Part shown: positions 1-13,853 of the stretch, in pieces
Numbering within the stretch: the stretch's first letter is position 1
Layout of the letters: each line of letters opens with the position of its first letter
From: Enoplolaimus lenunculus
Lineage: Eukaryota
Length of the DNA stretch: 64,000 bases
NCBI GenBank assembly: GCA_030248215.1
Contig: JASANG010001107.1
Coordinates: 186,001-250,000 of the forward strand
Direction of reading: 5' to 3'
Position numbers and translations under genes: made by a program
The notes under the pieces: model-generated
What the model was told of the DNA's origin: nothing
Seen by the model: the letters and a program-made list of their open reading frames with translations, nothing else
Database searches by the model: none

Positions 1-1271
1 GAAATGAGACGATCTTGGTCTCATTTTACTCCCCCCAACACGGCAAAAAATGTGCTTATCCGTTCTAACGTCTCCGTTTTTTGAACAGATTTAGTGCTGT
101 GCTCTTTTGTAATGTTTTGTAAAATGTCATTTTTTTAAAAAATTGAATGCGGTTAAAATGTGGAGAATTGTATGCTCTGTATATCATGTAACCAGCAATA
201 AGTGTTATATACGTACTATTATTAATAAGCTTAGTGCATGTACGCTCAATCATCTATATTACTGCTCCACTTTTTCCTTAAAGTTATTTCAATAACTGGT
301 TGTAGCTATATTAACATGCTACCTTTAGTTTTAAAACGCTGACTATGTATAACACACAGAGTGTAAAAATATGCCCCAATATTAAGCATGCATTAGATCA
401 GGCCATCGTTAGAAACAGTAGTAAAAATGTGGAATGTAGTATGACCCCACCCCCGGGACCCCCAGAAAATATAATCGTCACTTTTTAATATTTATACGTT
501 GTTGGCAACAAAACCAAAATTAATCTGTTATTTTATTAAGCGGGTTAACCTAGCTCACGCAACTGGGATATAGATGTGGATACGTATGATCTCCCAGAAA
601 CATTTTTATCACCGCCCGGAAATTTAATTTCACAGTGTTTTTAGTTGTAATCCACAGATTTGCGCAGTTTTCGAACGTTGGATAACTAGTGTCTAGGATA
701 GCCAGTGTCTAACGTGTTGTTTCTGTTGATTGTTGCAATGAGCGATATTTTTCTAAAAAATTGCGTTCTTCCGGTGAGGAGATCAAATTTAGGTTTTCGC
801 CGGAAAATCACTTTTTTAAAAATTCAGCACCTTTTAAACATAAACCAAAGATTGTGGGGGTGATCATAATCATCTGCCGGAATCACCACACGTTTCGAAA
901 TGTGACACAAGATATGCGTTGATTCTATTCCTCAAACTGCCTGTATGATGCAATAGCTGTGCACTTTCACTATTCGTATATATTTTGTCTTAGAACAAAA
1001 TCTAGTCGTTTAGGCAATAACAAAAATTTTCACAAACCACAACGTTCTTTATACCAACTTCTTGAGTGAGATGAGCCAGCGACGGATGAATAAAAGAATC
1101 TTTGTTTGGGCTCTAGTTTGAAAGCTTATGTTAATGTAGCGTCCACAAAAAACCACATTGCAGGAAAACCAACCATTAGTTGTAAAACTTGTAAACATGT
1201 AAAATTCCGAGGGGAACAATATTTGAGTTTTTACTCCATAACTTTTTATCTAATTGCAAAACCATATTCCA

Positions 1272-1387
1272 CAATCGTTTCAATTCAAATTCCTGTTGCT
1301 GTTTCCGACTATTTAATATAGTTCGTGTTCAATCGTTTCAATTCAAATTCCTGTTGCTGTTTCCGACTATTTAATATAGTTCGTGTT
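1272..1387. repeat. Perfect 58-bp tandem duplication
   Basis: CAATCGTTTCAATTCAAATTCC...TAGTTCGTGTT at 1272-1329 and 1330-1387. Confidence 0.95.
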
Positions 1388-2326
1388 AGAACCCTGCGAA
1401 TAACAATACTATTGTATATGTCGTAAAACAATCTCGAATCAAACTGCTTTACATTTCCTTTAAAAAAGGAGTTTTTACAATCGTTGCGGCATCATTCTGT
1501 TTCGCATGTCGCTGCACAGCCAAGTTGCTGTGCTCCATTTAAATAGTCGCTCACTATACTTAGTAAAATGGAGTATGCATCTCTCGCAAAGGCGCACACC
1601 TAAGTTTGCGAGACCAAAACCTGCCAAATACTGAAATCCCCAACCCTGTCCGGCTCCAGGTCCGGTAAATTACAATCCGTTTGCACAATCGCTCCACATG
1701 AGAATACCAAAAATATAAACGCACGTATGTATAGAAGAGAAAATAATTCAAGACAAAGTTTTAGACTTTTAGCGAAGGGTACTCCCTCATGAAGATTACC
1801 GAAGTAAAGTAGGCATAAATAACTACACTGCAAAGCTCAACGAATTCCCAATAAATACCGGTGCCGTATAGTTCGATATACAGTTCAGAAAGTTGCCACA
1901 ACACGATATTAAAGTAGTACCTGTTTCATCAAAAAGTTAAACTAAATCACGCTAATTTATTTCACACTACTGCAACAATACCTTATACATACTTTGTTTC
2001 TACTACAAGCTTACTATTAACTGTGCTTTTTGAAGCACTTCTTTGACAGTTCGAACCGAGTTCACAACGAAGCATTGGGTTTTCCTGAAAAATTATGAAA
2101 TAATATAGTTATACTTTGGTAGATAGTATGTACGTATATACGTACGTATTTTTTTAGTAACAAATAACACGCGGCAACGTAAAATACCGGAGCCGAAACT
2201 CGATTGCCACCAACGCAGATAACGTATATTCGGTCGAATCCAACTAGCCAAGTATCCACTTGTTTAGCCAGTTATTTAGACGTAAAGCTCTTTGTGAAAT
2301 TGCCTATTCGGTGGCTTGGTTTCACC

Positions 2327-2511
2327 GGCCCATATATAGATCAGGGGCAGAACGTTTTTCTGTGGGACTGCAATTTTCGCTTGGTTTAGGCTTAGGCTTA
2401 AGCTTAAATTTAAGGGTATGCTCGTTTTTCGTTTAGGCTTAGGCTTACGCTTAGGTTTAGGCTTACGAATATGTTTATAATATTGTTCCGCCCCTGTTTT
2501 TTACATTGGCC
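2327..2511. mobile_element. Harbinger-like MITE with internal (TTAGGC)n array
   Basis: Imperfect TIRs GGCCCATAT..CAGGGGCAGAAC / GTTCCGCCCCTG..ACATTGGCC enclosing GCTTAG repeats. Confidence 0.6.
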
Positions 2512-2950
2512 GTTTCATCGTACTTCTGTTAACAATAAGTTACAGATATTGTGATTCAGTGACTTGAACTGTAAATTGTTGGTTGCTGCGTGAATTCCTA
2601 TTTGAGTTTAGATTTCCCATGAACAATGTTCTGGTTGCTTGTTTGGTTACCTTTTGTTCGATCCGTTTAGTGTGTAGTGTTGAGACGCTGTGCTCGTATT
2701 TGGAGTATGTGGATTGGCGTTGGAATTAGTTTTCTTAAGTGTAGAGTTAGACAGCGTTACAACCGGCCGCGTCTTTTTACAGGAGAGTGAAAGTTCCAAC
2801 AAGCCGCATAATATACGGACGTTACACACCCAATACTTTGCAAATCCGTCTCTTTATGTAATCAAGGGCGTCCACACGGGGGATATTAGGTGGCTGTTCC
2901 CCCCAATTTGGTTGGTTCTCCACTCTCAAATAGACTCGGGATACAACTGT

Positions 2951-5140
2951 ACCCGTGTTTTGAATGAAAAAATTTGCAGTTTTATAAAATGTATTAAAAT
3001 GCAGTGATATGCAAGTCAGCTGCGGCTGCCAATGCCGCAGATGTGCAGAGGGGAGTGACAGATGGCGCAACCCCAACTACGGAAATCTTTGTTTCCATCA
3101 CCCGATCTAACAAATTTTGTACAATCTGAAAATAATTTAATTTGTATCCCATTGACATATTATCCCACAGAAAGCTTGCAGCGGTCCCGTTTTCCAATTT
3201 GTCAAAACACTCCTGTCCCGTTTTCCGAGCAAAAAATTGCAACTGTCCCGTTTTCCGTTTGCCCGAGATTAATCTGTACCAATTTTCCAGTGACAATTTG
3301 CAGCTGTCCCGTTTTCTATTTGCCCGTAACAAACCTTTCCCGGTCTTCTATCGAAAAAATTGCAACTGTCCCGTTTTTCTATTTGCCCGAAACAGGCTGT
3401 CCCATTATCGAATTTTTCAAACGAAAATCTACAGCTGCCCGGTTTTCACCATTTGACCAAAACCAACCTGTCCCGTTTTTTCGTTTTAGCGAAAAATTGT
3501 AGCGGTTCCGTTTTCATTGATTTTTCGATCAATTCCACATCCCCTCGTTCAGAAATTTTCAACTCTACCCGTGCTTTGAATGAAAAAATTTGCAGTTTTA
3601 TGAAATGTATTAAAATGCAGTGATATGCAAGCCAGCTGCGGCTGCCAATGCCGCAGATGTGCAGAGGGGAGTGACAGATGGTCAACCCCAACTACGGAAA
3701 TCTTTCTTTCCATCACCCGATCTAACAAATTTTGTACAATCTGAAAATAATTTAATTTGTATCCCATTGACATATTTTCTCACAGAAAGCTTGCAGCGGT
3801 CCGTTTTCCAATTTGTTAAAACACTCCTGTCCCGTTTTCCGAGCAAAAAATTGCAACTGTCCCGTTTTCCGTTTGCCCGAGATTAGCCTGTACCAATTTT
3901 CCAATGACAATTTGCAGCTGTCCCGTTTTCTATTTGCCCGAAACAGGCTGTCCCATTATCGAATTTTTCCAACGAAAATCTACAGCTGCCCGGGTTTCAC
4001 CATTTGACCAAAACCAACCTGTCCCGTTTTTTCGTTTTAGCGAAAAATTGTAGCGGTACCCTTTTCTCAACCTGTCCTGTTTTCCCGTGTTCCCAGCAAA
4101 CAATTGTAGCTGTCCCATTTTCAATTTGTCCGAAGCAGGCCTGTCCCATTGTCACATTTTCCCAACGAAAATTTACAGTTGTCCCGTTTTCCCATTTGCC
4201 CGAGACAAACCTGTCCCGCTTTTTCGTTTTCCCAGCGAAAATTTGCATCTGTCCCGTTTCCCATTTGCCCAAAGCAGGCATGTCAAATTGTTCTGTTTTC
4301 CCAGCGAAAATTTGCAGCTGTTCCGATTTCCAATTTGTCCGGAACAAACTTCTCCCGTTTTCCCAGCGAAAAATGGCAGCTATCACATTTTTCCGATTGC
4401 CCGAAACAAGCCTGTTCCATTGTCCCTTGCAGCTGTCCTGTTTTTCATTTGACCCGAAACACACCTGTCCAGTTTTCCAGTGTTCCGAGCAAACAATTGC
4501 AGCTGTCCCGTTATCCCATTTGTCCGAAACAGGCCTGTCACATTGTTCCATTTTCCCAGCGAAAATTTACAGCTCTCCTGTTTTCCTTTGCCCGAAACAA
4601 ACCTGTTCTGTTTTCCCGTGTTCCCAGCAAACAATTGTAGCTGTCTCATTTTCAATTTGTCCGAAGCAGGCCTGTTCCATTGTCACATTTTCCCAACGAA
4701 AATTTACAGTTGTCCCGTTTTCCCATTTGCCCGAAACAAACCGGTCCCGTTTTTTCGTTTTCCCAGCGAAAATTTGCATCTGTCTCGTTTCCCATTTGCC
4801 CAAAGCAGGCATGTCAAATTGTTCTGTTTCCCAGCAAAAATTTGCAGCTGTTCCGATTTTTAATTTGCTCGGAACAAAGTCATGTGAAAATTTGCAGCTG
4901 TTCTGTCTTCCATTTGCACGCAACAAACCTGTCCTGCTTCCCGTTTTCCTAGCAAAAAATGGCAGCTGTCCCGTTTTCCCGTTTTTCCGAAACCGACCGG
5001 TCCCATTGTCCCATTTTCCCTACAAAAATTTGCAGCTGTCCCGTTTCCCTAATTGCCCGAAGCAAACCTGCCCCGTTTTTTCGTTTCACAGCGAGAATTG
5101 CAGCTATTCCATTTTTCCGTTTGCCCGAAACAGGCCTTAT
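2951..5140. repeat. Tandem array of ~60-75-bp monomers built from CTGTCCCGTTTT-containing half-units, with higher-order block duplications
   Basis: Recurrent AAAATTTGCAGCTGTCCCGTTTTCC..TTTGCCCGAAACAAACCTGTCCCG. Block 2951-3506 recurs at 3567-4057; the block at 4087 recurs at 4618. Confidence 0.9.
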
Positions 5141-5215
5141 TACACTATGCCAATGAGCTGTAAATGTGTGCAAGGGGGTGCCTTGACTTAGTTTAAATAT
5201 TTGCTTGTTTTTTAA

Positions 5216-5477
5216 CCCTTTTCACATGAATATTTTCTATTTTCCCTTAGACCTACTTTTATGCTTGGATTCGAACTCCAGTGACTGGAGTGGGAGGCGT
5301 ATACCATCACCACTCAGCTATATTAGCTTGACGCTCGAGCCCGAGGGGGCTGTCGCGTCTTGTGGTGATTTAGTACTATGTATACGTGTGGCAATTGGTC
5401 AACACGGTGCGATATATTTTATTTAACGTATATACACTGCGCTGAGTTGCCTATAGGCAACTCAATGTGAGAAGGGG
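5216..5477. mobile_element. piggyBac-like non-autonomous element, copy 1, containing a tRNA-derived segment
   Basis: TTAA|CCCTTTTCACAT ... ATGTGAGAAGGGG; near-identical copy at 55149-55408. Confidence 0.6.
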
Positions 5478-5584
5478 ATAGATAGTAAACTGAAATTTTT
5501 CGCTGAAACGTTGCCTGATTTTAGTTGTGCGCACTATGTTGTGTATTGATATCTATGTATAAGTTCAACTCTGAATTAAAGGCG

Positions 5585-6032
5585 TACTGTAGTGACCCGA
5601 ATAAGAGGGGGGACTGTTATTTATTCGGCCTTTTCAGAGGGTACCGCCCTTGTTATTTGGTTACAGACTGTTATTTATTTTTAACCCACGCTCCGCCACC
5701 CTTCGTTACTGATATATTCGGCATTGCGGTTATCCGTTGAATTATACGTTTATTTGTCTTGTTTCAATAGCTTGAGCGATAATGCAAGGTTATACACAGG
5801 AATGTACTTTCAAAACTTAAGCACGCTTTAAAGTTTCGAACTCAAGTTTTGGTCCTGCAGTCATTTATGCGCTACAATTAGGGTTATTTGACATTTATGG
5901 ACTCTAATTAGGGTTTAGGGACTCTATCCGCTTTTACGGACTCTTATTAGAGGTACAGACACCAATTGATCCGGACTCAAAATGGGGACCCCCTTTTATT
6001 ACCCCTCCCCTCTTATTCGGGTCAATACAGTA
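5585..6032 (+). mobile_element. Tc1/mariner-pogo-type MITE, family A (~450 bp), full copy
   Basis: TA-CTGTAGTGACCCGAATAAGAGGGG ... CCCCTCTTATTCGGGTCAATACAG-TA; TA flanks, ~24-bp TIRs, multiple copies in window. Confidence 0.85.
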
Positions 6033-9000
6033 AACAAATTTTTATTTACGTTGCGTATTCAAATTAAGACAGTATGCATTGGGAATACCAGTAGTTTCCG
6101 ATGTTTTTTTATATCTACGAAATGCTAAACCTTTGCAAAAGCAGTTTTTTAATCTCGTTCACTTAACTGTGAGGGGCCTAGGCAACAATTTATCCTAAGG
6201 CCGGAGATGCTTTAGTCCAGTTGCACATATGTGCAACTACATGCATGTATATACTAGTTTTGTTTATTCACAACATATTCTTTTAAAATCTATAGATCAC
6301 ACTGATGAAGTGTGCCTTGTGCAATTTTTATGCGCACTTGCATCTTGCATTAATGCTTAGTAAATCAATTTATGATGTGCTGGTTTTTACAGCTATGAAT
6401 TTTGCCCGACAACGAGTATTAACCGCCTGTTGAATTTGAGTTTGCGTTTGAGGGGTAATTTTTTGAAATTGATGTTTTTAAGGGCAGAATCGAGGTAGGT
6501 TAAAAATGTAACTTGTATTGGTGACACTATAATTTTATGAATTCGGCGTAACTCGAAAGATTATTCTCTATTAATTCCTTAAATATCAGTAGTCACCTCC
6601 AGTGTTGTATTTTTGAGATTCTGGTAAAAATTAAATTCTTGGTGCGGTGACGCTTTTTTCATACCGCTTGGTAGAAAGATCTGAATTGATCTTGTGACTT
6701 GCGGGTATGTTTGTGAGCAAACGTAGACGGAAAGTGCATTACTGCTTATGTGAATGTTGCAGGGCCCAAAAATTGAGTTGAAATTGAATTTCTTTTATAA
6801 TCTAGTGCGCAATTTGTGTAAAATGCGCAGACACCGTTTTGAGGTTTGAGATGACACAAATCTACTGCTGAAGAAAATTTGATACATTCAATGTAATTTG
6901 ACATTGCATTATGGTGACTGACTTATGCACAGGGTGTTCTGAGATCCTAGCAAGCGTTGCATTTTTACAAGGATTGAAATGTGGGCTTACTGACATAAGT
7001 CATTTGAGTTTAACGTGAGATAAGGAATCTATATTGTGGAGACCTGAACTGATATTTAATTTTTCAAATGTTGACATGCACGTGACCGAAAGTGGAGTAT
7101 TTATTGCTCAATTGGGCTTGTGATTTTGTTGGATAGCGATGGGTGTTACCCCTGTTTAGCACGCTGGGAATGGCACTTGTGAGAGTTTGAGTGTTTGCTA
7201 AAACTCTGGAGTAGCCAAAACATTAAAAAAATTTTTAAATTTTAGTTTAAAAAGATCAAACATTTAAAATTTAGGTTTATTGTCAAATTCCTCAAAATTT
7301 TTAGTTAAGTTTCAGCTACAAATTATTTTAAAAATCCACTTTTCTGCGAATTTGTTAGATGTTGAACAGATTTTTAAAAATCTTAAAAGTTTCTAGCGAA
7401 TTCTAAGAATTTTGGCGTCCTTTCATAATTCAGCTATAAAAGCAACCTGCACTGTCCTTTGGGAGGGCATGCATGGTGTATTAAACCAAAACTCGACACT
7501 TATTACTTCGAAAACCATTTTTGTGTATTCTGATTAGTGACCGTTAACCTGCGAATATATCTAGAATATGCTTTAGAGGATCACGACCTCATCAAGCCCT
7601 GAGACCGATTTGTGTTGCGCCCCCTCTAACATTGATTGACGAAAACAAGAAATTAGGGTACAACGGATACTCGTTTCTGTTTCCGGTAAAAAGTGCTATC
7701 CGTTTCTATATCTTACAAATTTCGGTGCTTAAGGCATATTTTCTTCAAAATTTTAGGAAGCTTGGCGAATACTTGCACGTACCAATTGTGTTAATAGCTT
7801 AAATGAAATATCTTTGAAACTTAATACTTCAATATTTGTTTCTGGGTGCCGATATTTTAATCACTATCCGTTTTCGTTTGTGTTATTTTTAATATCCATT
7901 TGTACCCTGCAAGGACGCTTAATATATTTCTCTATCACATTGTTTGAAACTACACGTACAGGTTTCTTGAAGCGCGGACCCGCCATTCAAAATATAACGC
8001 TTTCGAGTTTGCGTGCCCTTGTGGCGTATATTTTTGAACGCTAAAATTTTTGCTCACCACTCCGTACATTTACGGCAGTCCGAGTTTACCAAATTTTATA
8101 TTTTTTTGTTTTCCTTAAGGGTCCAGGTTGATGAACCCAACTTTAAAATACCATCAACTCTGCTTTTCTGTTCAGCCATGACGTGTACGCAAAGCAACGC
8201 ACATCGCAATCATGAAACAACTCTTTGTTGACATATTCTTCAAAACTTACAGTATCGCGAAGAACATGATAACCTTACCACAAAACAAAAATTCTTGTTA
8301 TTTCAGCGAAATTCATTTGTCTAATGCATCTAGTAATAATCTTCCAACTTTTGATACATAGCTAAGAAATACTATGGCGTATAGAGGTTTGAGTCCAACG
8401 CAAATTCTGAGACATTTTCTGTCAGTACTGCAAAATTTAGAGCACCTGTTGTTTTCTCGAAGAAGTGAAAGTGTCCTTTTTAATTTGCGATGATTAGTTT
8501 TATTCGAATTCTGTAATATTTTGATTCTGAAATAACTTTAGACAGCTTTACCTTTGAGAATTAAGGCGAAACTTTGTATGTTTTTCTCGATCGGACTATT
8601 GTGTTAAAGTTATTCGTTCGTGCCTGGCGCCAAAGGGGCTCAGGAGGCTTATACACTGCTTGAAAATATTCACGTCCTTCCAGAGAGTTAGTTCAGCTTG
8701 TAAATCGTAAAATATTATCTGCATGTCGTAAAACAGCTGTGGCCCAATTTATACCTACTTTCTTGCCAGCAGTGAGTGTTCTGAATTGGTGTATTGCGAA
8801 TCTTGTTTCTTGTCTTGGCGATTCTTGTCTAATAAATATGTGTGGTCTAATCTAATAATTTTAACCATAACGTTATTGTACCAATCAAATATACAAATGC
8901 GAGCCGTGTATATACATTAAAATTTAAATTGAGTTTTGTTTCAAAGTAGAATGGTTGTCACGTAAACCTCAACTCTCAATTGCTTTAAAATTTTGCCACT

Positions 9001-9067
9001 TGGTCTGCAGCACGGTACGTATTTGCCACGAATTTGATTTTTCATTAAAATGAAAATTATAGTACTG

Positions 9068-9510
9068 TACTATATTGACCCGAATAAGAGGGGGTAATAA
9101 GAAGGGGGTTCCCCTTTTTGAGTCCCATTCAATTGCAGTCCGTATCCGTAATAAGAGTCTGTAAGCTGACAGAGTCCCTAAATCTTAATTAGAGTCAATA
9201 AATGTCAATTATCTCTAATTGTAGTGCATAAATGACTCCAGGACCGAATAAAGTTGAGTTCGTAACTTTAAAGCGTACTTAAGGTTTGAAAGTACATTCC
9301 TATGTATAACCTTGCATTATCGCTCAAGCTATTGAAACAAGACAAATAAACGTTTAATTCAACGGATAGTTGCAATACCGAATATATCAGTAACGAAGGG
9401 CAGCGGAGGGCGGGTTAAAAATAAATAACAGTCTGCAACCGAATAACATGGGTACCCTCTGGAGAGGCCAAATAAACATCAGTCCCCCTCTTATTTGGGT
9501 CACTACAGTA
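9068..9510 (-). mobile_element. MITE family A, full copy; a degenerate related copy follows at ~9509-9950
   Basis: Same TIRs and internal sequence as 5585-6032, reversed. Confidence 0.85.
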
Positions 9511-11648
9511 CTGACCCGAGTAAAAGAAGGGAGCAACGGGCAATAAGAGGGTGTCTAAATTTTGAGTCCCTATCAATAATTCTCTGTAATCTGCATTCCC
9601 TTATTATAGTCAGTTGGTTGATAGAGTCTCTAAGTACTAATCTGTGTCCATAGAAGACCCCAATGCAGAAGAATGGCTTAGTCAGTCGGCTCGACAATGC
9701 AGCATAGACAACCAGCATAAACTTTAGAATCCAGAAAAAATGATTAACGGACGTGAAAACCAAGAAAAATGCTTTGCAGAAAGTAAGTTCTGCTCAAAAA
9801 AAAGAATATACAAGTGTGTGTTTGGTACAACTGTTAACATGAGCTGAATTAAAACAATAAAACAAAAGTCTGTAACCAAATAACATGGGGTATTCTCAAG
9901 AGAGGCAAAATAGATATCAGTCCACCCTTCTTATTCTGGTCACTCCACTATATTGTGTCTCACAAAGTAATACCCATTAAAAATGCATAAACCGGCCTAC
10001 AAAAGCGCAACAGTCAAGAGGCAACTTGGAAGTAGTACCACGCCATAAGAATGCTTGCATTACAAAATCCACGCTTAATATATATCTTGACGCTTAATTA
10101 CATATTCGTAACGAACATATACGCTGTTAACGAACATATACGTTGTTTCAATGCTTTATTAACGTGGTTCGTGCAATTAAATAAAAATTTTCTTAATTAT
10201 TGCATGACAAAAATTTGAAAAAAAATAGCAAAATATGCGTGCACCGAATTCGACTAGACTTGCAGCAAACATTAAGAAACGGGATGCAGCTGCACCCGGT
10301 GGGTTTGGTAAGCACTGTTTGTATTGGTAGTAAGTACATGAACCCAAAAATTGCCAAGTCGCAACTGCAATAGTTTAATAATTTTTCACTGCAATCCACT
10401 TCAACAGCGGCAACCCATAGTATCTGGCGGTGCGTATAGAGCACGTTATTTGTCATGTTTTAACTATAGAAAGGTTTCGTAGATAATTAAAAGTGTTCTC
10501 GAAAATATATATACATGAAAACCACAATTCATTTCAGTGCAACTCAACTGTGTTTTGCGTGATGTACTTAATAATAATTTCGCAAAATATTTTCTTAGTA
10601 TTTCGCAATCACGAGCATCGAGCGTATAAACATGCTAAAGATTTTAAGATTCTCGGATAAAATAATCAATATTCTCGTATAAACCACGATAGATTACTTA
10701 GCTAGCCTAAGGTTGAAAAGTGCTGACTTAGATTTGGATTGCTTGTCAAATTTTATGCGACGAACTATGTATCATCGTGGCACAAACAAAACACAAAAGT
10801 GTGTCTGAATTCTGGAGCTCAAATTCCTTGCGATTAACTCTATGGTTAGGAGAGTATCAACTCTCTATAAGCCGCAGCGAATGAGAAGTTTAAGTCAAAC
10901 AATTTTCATATTAAACGAGTTCGAATTTTTTAATCAGAAAGAGTTGCATGCAATTTCGCGCAGATATTATATGTTTTTAAGCTAGGTGAATTTGTTAGGA
11001 TCTGTTTCTGTTTTGTTGATATTTAATTTGTTAAACGGTATACAGTTTTCGAGATAAGACGCTTTAAAATGATGATTATTCTTCAAATAAGCAATATTAA
11101 ATTGGTGCACCTTTGACTACATATTTGAAAACGGTTAGAAGGATATTTTGCAATTTACTTTGGCAAGTAGTCTGCCAGTACATCAAATATGGTGACAAAT
11201 TTCATTGGTTTTCGAGGTGCTACTTACCTTACAGTTTCATTATTCATACGGCTTACGTAAAGATCAAGGGCAGAGTGTTTTTCTGTGTTAATAAAAAAGA
11301 GTAAGCTTTCGTAAACCTGAACCTCGAATGCAACGCTTCTTTCGGGGCCCAAAATAGCGGAATTTATCATAATACTTCCGTATTTTTTCTAAACAAAAAA
11401 CAGACTGTCTCTATAGCGAACGGAAATTGTAAGGCTTTCCGTCTAAACGCGTTTTATTTGCACGTTTAGAATCCTTGACAGCACAATTTGCAGATTTGTA
11501 AAATTTTGCGTTTTTGTTGCACTAAAATTCACCTGTTCAAGTATCGGGCAGCTACAGCAAAATACCGTAAATATTTAATGACATCGTAATTCGTGGCAAA
11601 TGATGCGAAACAGTTTCAGCTTAGTCGACTGGTTAACAACGCAAAAAA

Positions 11649-11840
11649 GGCCAATGTAATGAACAAAGTCGTAACAGTAGTACAAGCATATTCCTGAACA
11701 TAAGCCCAAGCCTAAGCCCACGCGTATCCATGAGCTAATGCCAAAGTCTAAGCCTAAGTATGTGCAAAAATTGGTCTAAAGCTGAAGCTTACTCTTTTGA
11801 AGCCGCAGAAAAACGTTCCGCCCCTTATCTTTTCACGAGA
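11649..11840. mobile_element. Harbinger-like MITE with (GCCTAA)n array, degenerate
   Basis: Starts GGCCAATGTAA, contains CCTAAG repeats, ends near GTTCCGCCCCTT. Confidence 0.5.
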
Positions 11841-12551
11841 CGCAAATAGTATATATATATAAGGTTTCTGAGCTAACCGAGAGGTTTTGGTTTAATTCCT
11901 TCTTATCTGTTTTATCTTAAACTTTATGTCTACATAATGGTTTGACCGCGCAGCTGCGAAAGACAACTAAATTTTTAACATTTCTTTTAAGACCAGTACG
12001 GCAGTTGATCTTACCATTTCTATGCGCAACTTTGTATTTCTTTATGTTGAGTTTTTCAGCAGATTTGGTACATACAAAACGTTTCTTTTGATAATTATGC
12101 GACGATAAAATAGGAGGATATGTCAACGGAGGTGAAAAATACCGGAGTCGGAATGAAAGCCGGAGGACAACAAGTTTAGCCATAATCGGAGGTGAAACGT
12201 ATTTAGAAAGCTAATATGTAATGTTACGCTGTAATTTTCACAAGACTCTGTGAAATACTAAAAAATCGACAAACATGAATCGTATTATTACCAAATTTGC
12301 AAAGAACCTCCAGTAGGCCACCTTTCTGTTTTTAATATATCAGAACCACTGAGGAAAGCCGGTTCTGTGTATACCCAAGGCTGTATCCTGCTACAGATAT
12401 ATTAAAGTAATAAAAAGTAAATATGTTGACATGATTTCTAATATAATTGTCTCATAATTAAGGTTTCCATATTCAATGGAGTAATATTTATTCTTCATTA
12501 ATTCGCGTCACAAACTTCAGAAAAACTTAAGAGCCAATCAATTTTTCGGCT

Positions 12552-12978
12552 TACTGTATTGACCCGAATAAGAGGGGGTAATAAGAGGGGAGATCCCCAT
12601 TTTTAGTTCGAATCAACAGGAGTCAGTATCCCTAACAAGAGTCCGTAAGCGGACAGAGTCCCTAAACCCTACTTTGTGTCCATAAATGTCAATTAACCCT
12701 AACTGTAGTGTATCAATGACTCCAGGACCAAATAATTTGAGTTCGAAAGTTTAAAGCGGACTTAAATTTCGAAAGTGCATTCCTAAGTATAACCTTGTCA
12801 CAAGAGAAATAAACGTTTAATTCAACGGATAATGGCAGTACCGGATATATATCAGTGACGAAGGGCGGCGGATCGTGGGTTAAAAATAATTAACAGTCCG
12901 TAACCGAATTGCAAGGTGGGTACCTTCTGGAGAGGCCAAATAAATATCAGTCCCCCTTTTATTCGGGTCACTACAGTA
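12552..12978 (-). mobile_element. MITE family A copy
   Basis: TACTGTATTGACCCGAATAAGAGG ... TTATTCGGGTCACTACAGTA. Confidence 0.85.
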
Positions 12979-13853
12979 CTTGTTTTTGTCAACTTTTGTT
13001 TTGGAAGATAATAAGCTCATTGAAGATACAAGCAACAATTTAGAAGATCGCGATTGACACTGCAGATGTTGCTGCACGTGCTAACGGAAAAATTTTGCCC
13101 AACAAAAATAATTAATCAACGGGCGCTTTGAAATAACACATTTTTACAGTTGTTGCTGAACTCAACAGCTAGTAATTTAAAGCGTTTGGGAGCTTGAATA
13201 AAATTTTAATTTGAAAGCTATAATTCTTATTATTTCCGACGCTAATCAGCGCGTCTACTTTTACAGGCAGTCAGGAAAACAAAGTAAACTTGGAAATATG
13301 TGTCGAATTCAAATTGTGTTAAATCTTGCCGAAAATTGCTATACGTTAATAATTATAAAGAATGCAAATATTGTGCAAATTTATTTCTCAACAATTAGGC
13401 TTGAAACGTTGCGAAGTGATATTCGTGAATTTTCAGGTAGGTTTTGTATATTGTAAAATTAATGCGTACCGTACTTATTTGGTTACAACGGAACTTTTAA
13501 TTTCAAACACATGTGAACTATGTTTTGCCAAGAATGTCAGGTTTTATGTTGAAACTTAGGGAAATGTTTGGTTTGTAGATGTCACGTTTTGGTTAATTTG
13601 TGACAACTTTTTATGTGTTATTGCGCTGAATACTTGTATAACTTTGATACAATTCGCAAACCAGCGTTCTAAACCCATGCGATTCAGATAAATATTTCAA
13701 ATGATTCCAAAATTGGGTTTCAGTGTTTTCGAACCTCAAAAAACTAAACTTGAAAATTCTAACCTATTGGATTGAATACGAAACAGAACGGCAACCGATA
13801 AATTTCCAGCGTTATCCTATTACATAGCTAGCTTACCCGTATGAAAGATCAAA

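Noticed and set aside
2385..2465. True telomere or chromosome fusion site
   Set aside because: Short, degenerate, dispersed and enclosed in TIRs.
3180..5140. CRISPR-like periodicity
   Set aside because: Intervening sequences are themselves repeats, not unique spacers; no cas genes; eukaryotic context.
2994..5191. Many overlapping ORFs up to 395 aa (CPVF/LSRF repeats)
   Set aside because: By-product of a stop-poor tandem repeat open in several frames on both strands; no domain or splice structure.
5260..5330. Functional tRNA gene
   Set aside because: A and B boxes are present, but acceptor and anticodon stems do not pair and the anticodon differs between the two copies; treated as tRNA-derived.
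6540..7100. Possible Penelope/GIY-YIG relic on the - strand (YVSK, ARISEH)
   Set aside because: Fragments are in different frames with stops; too weak without a search.
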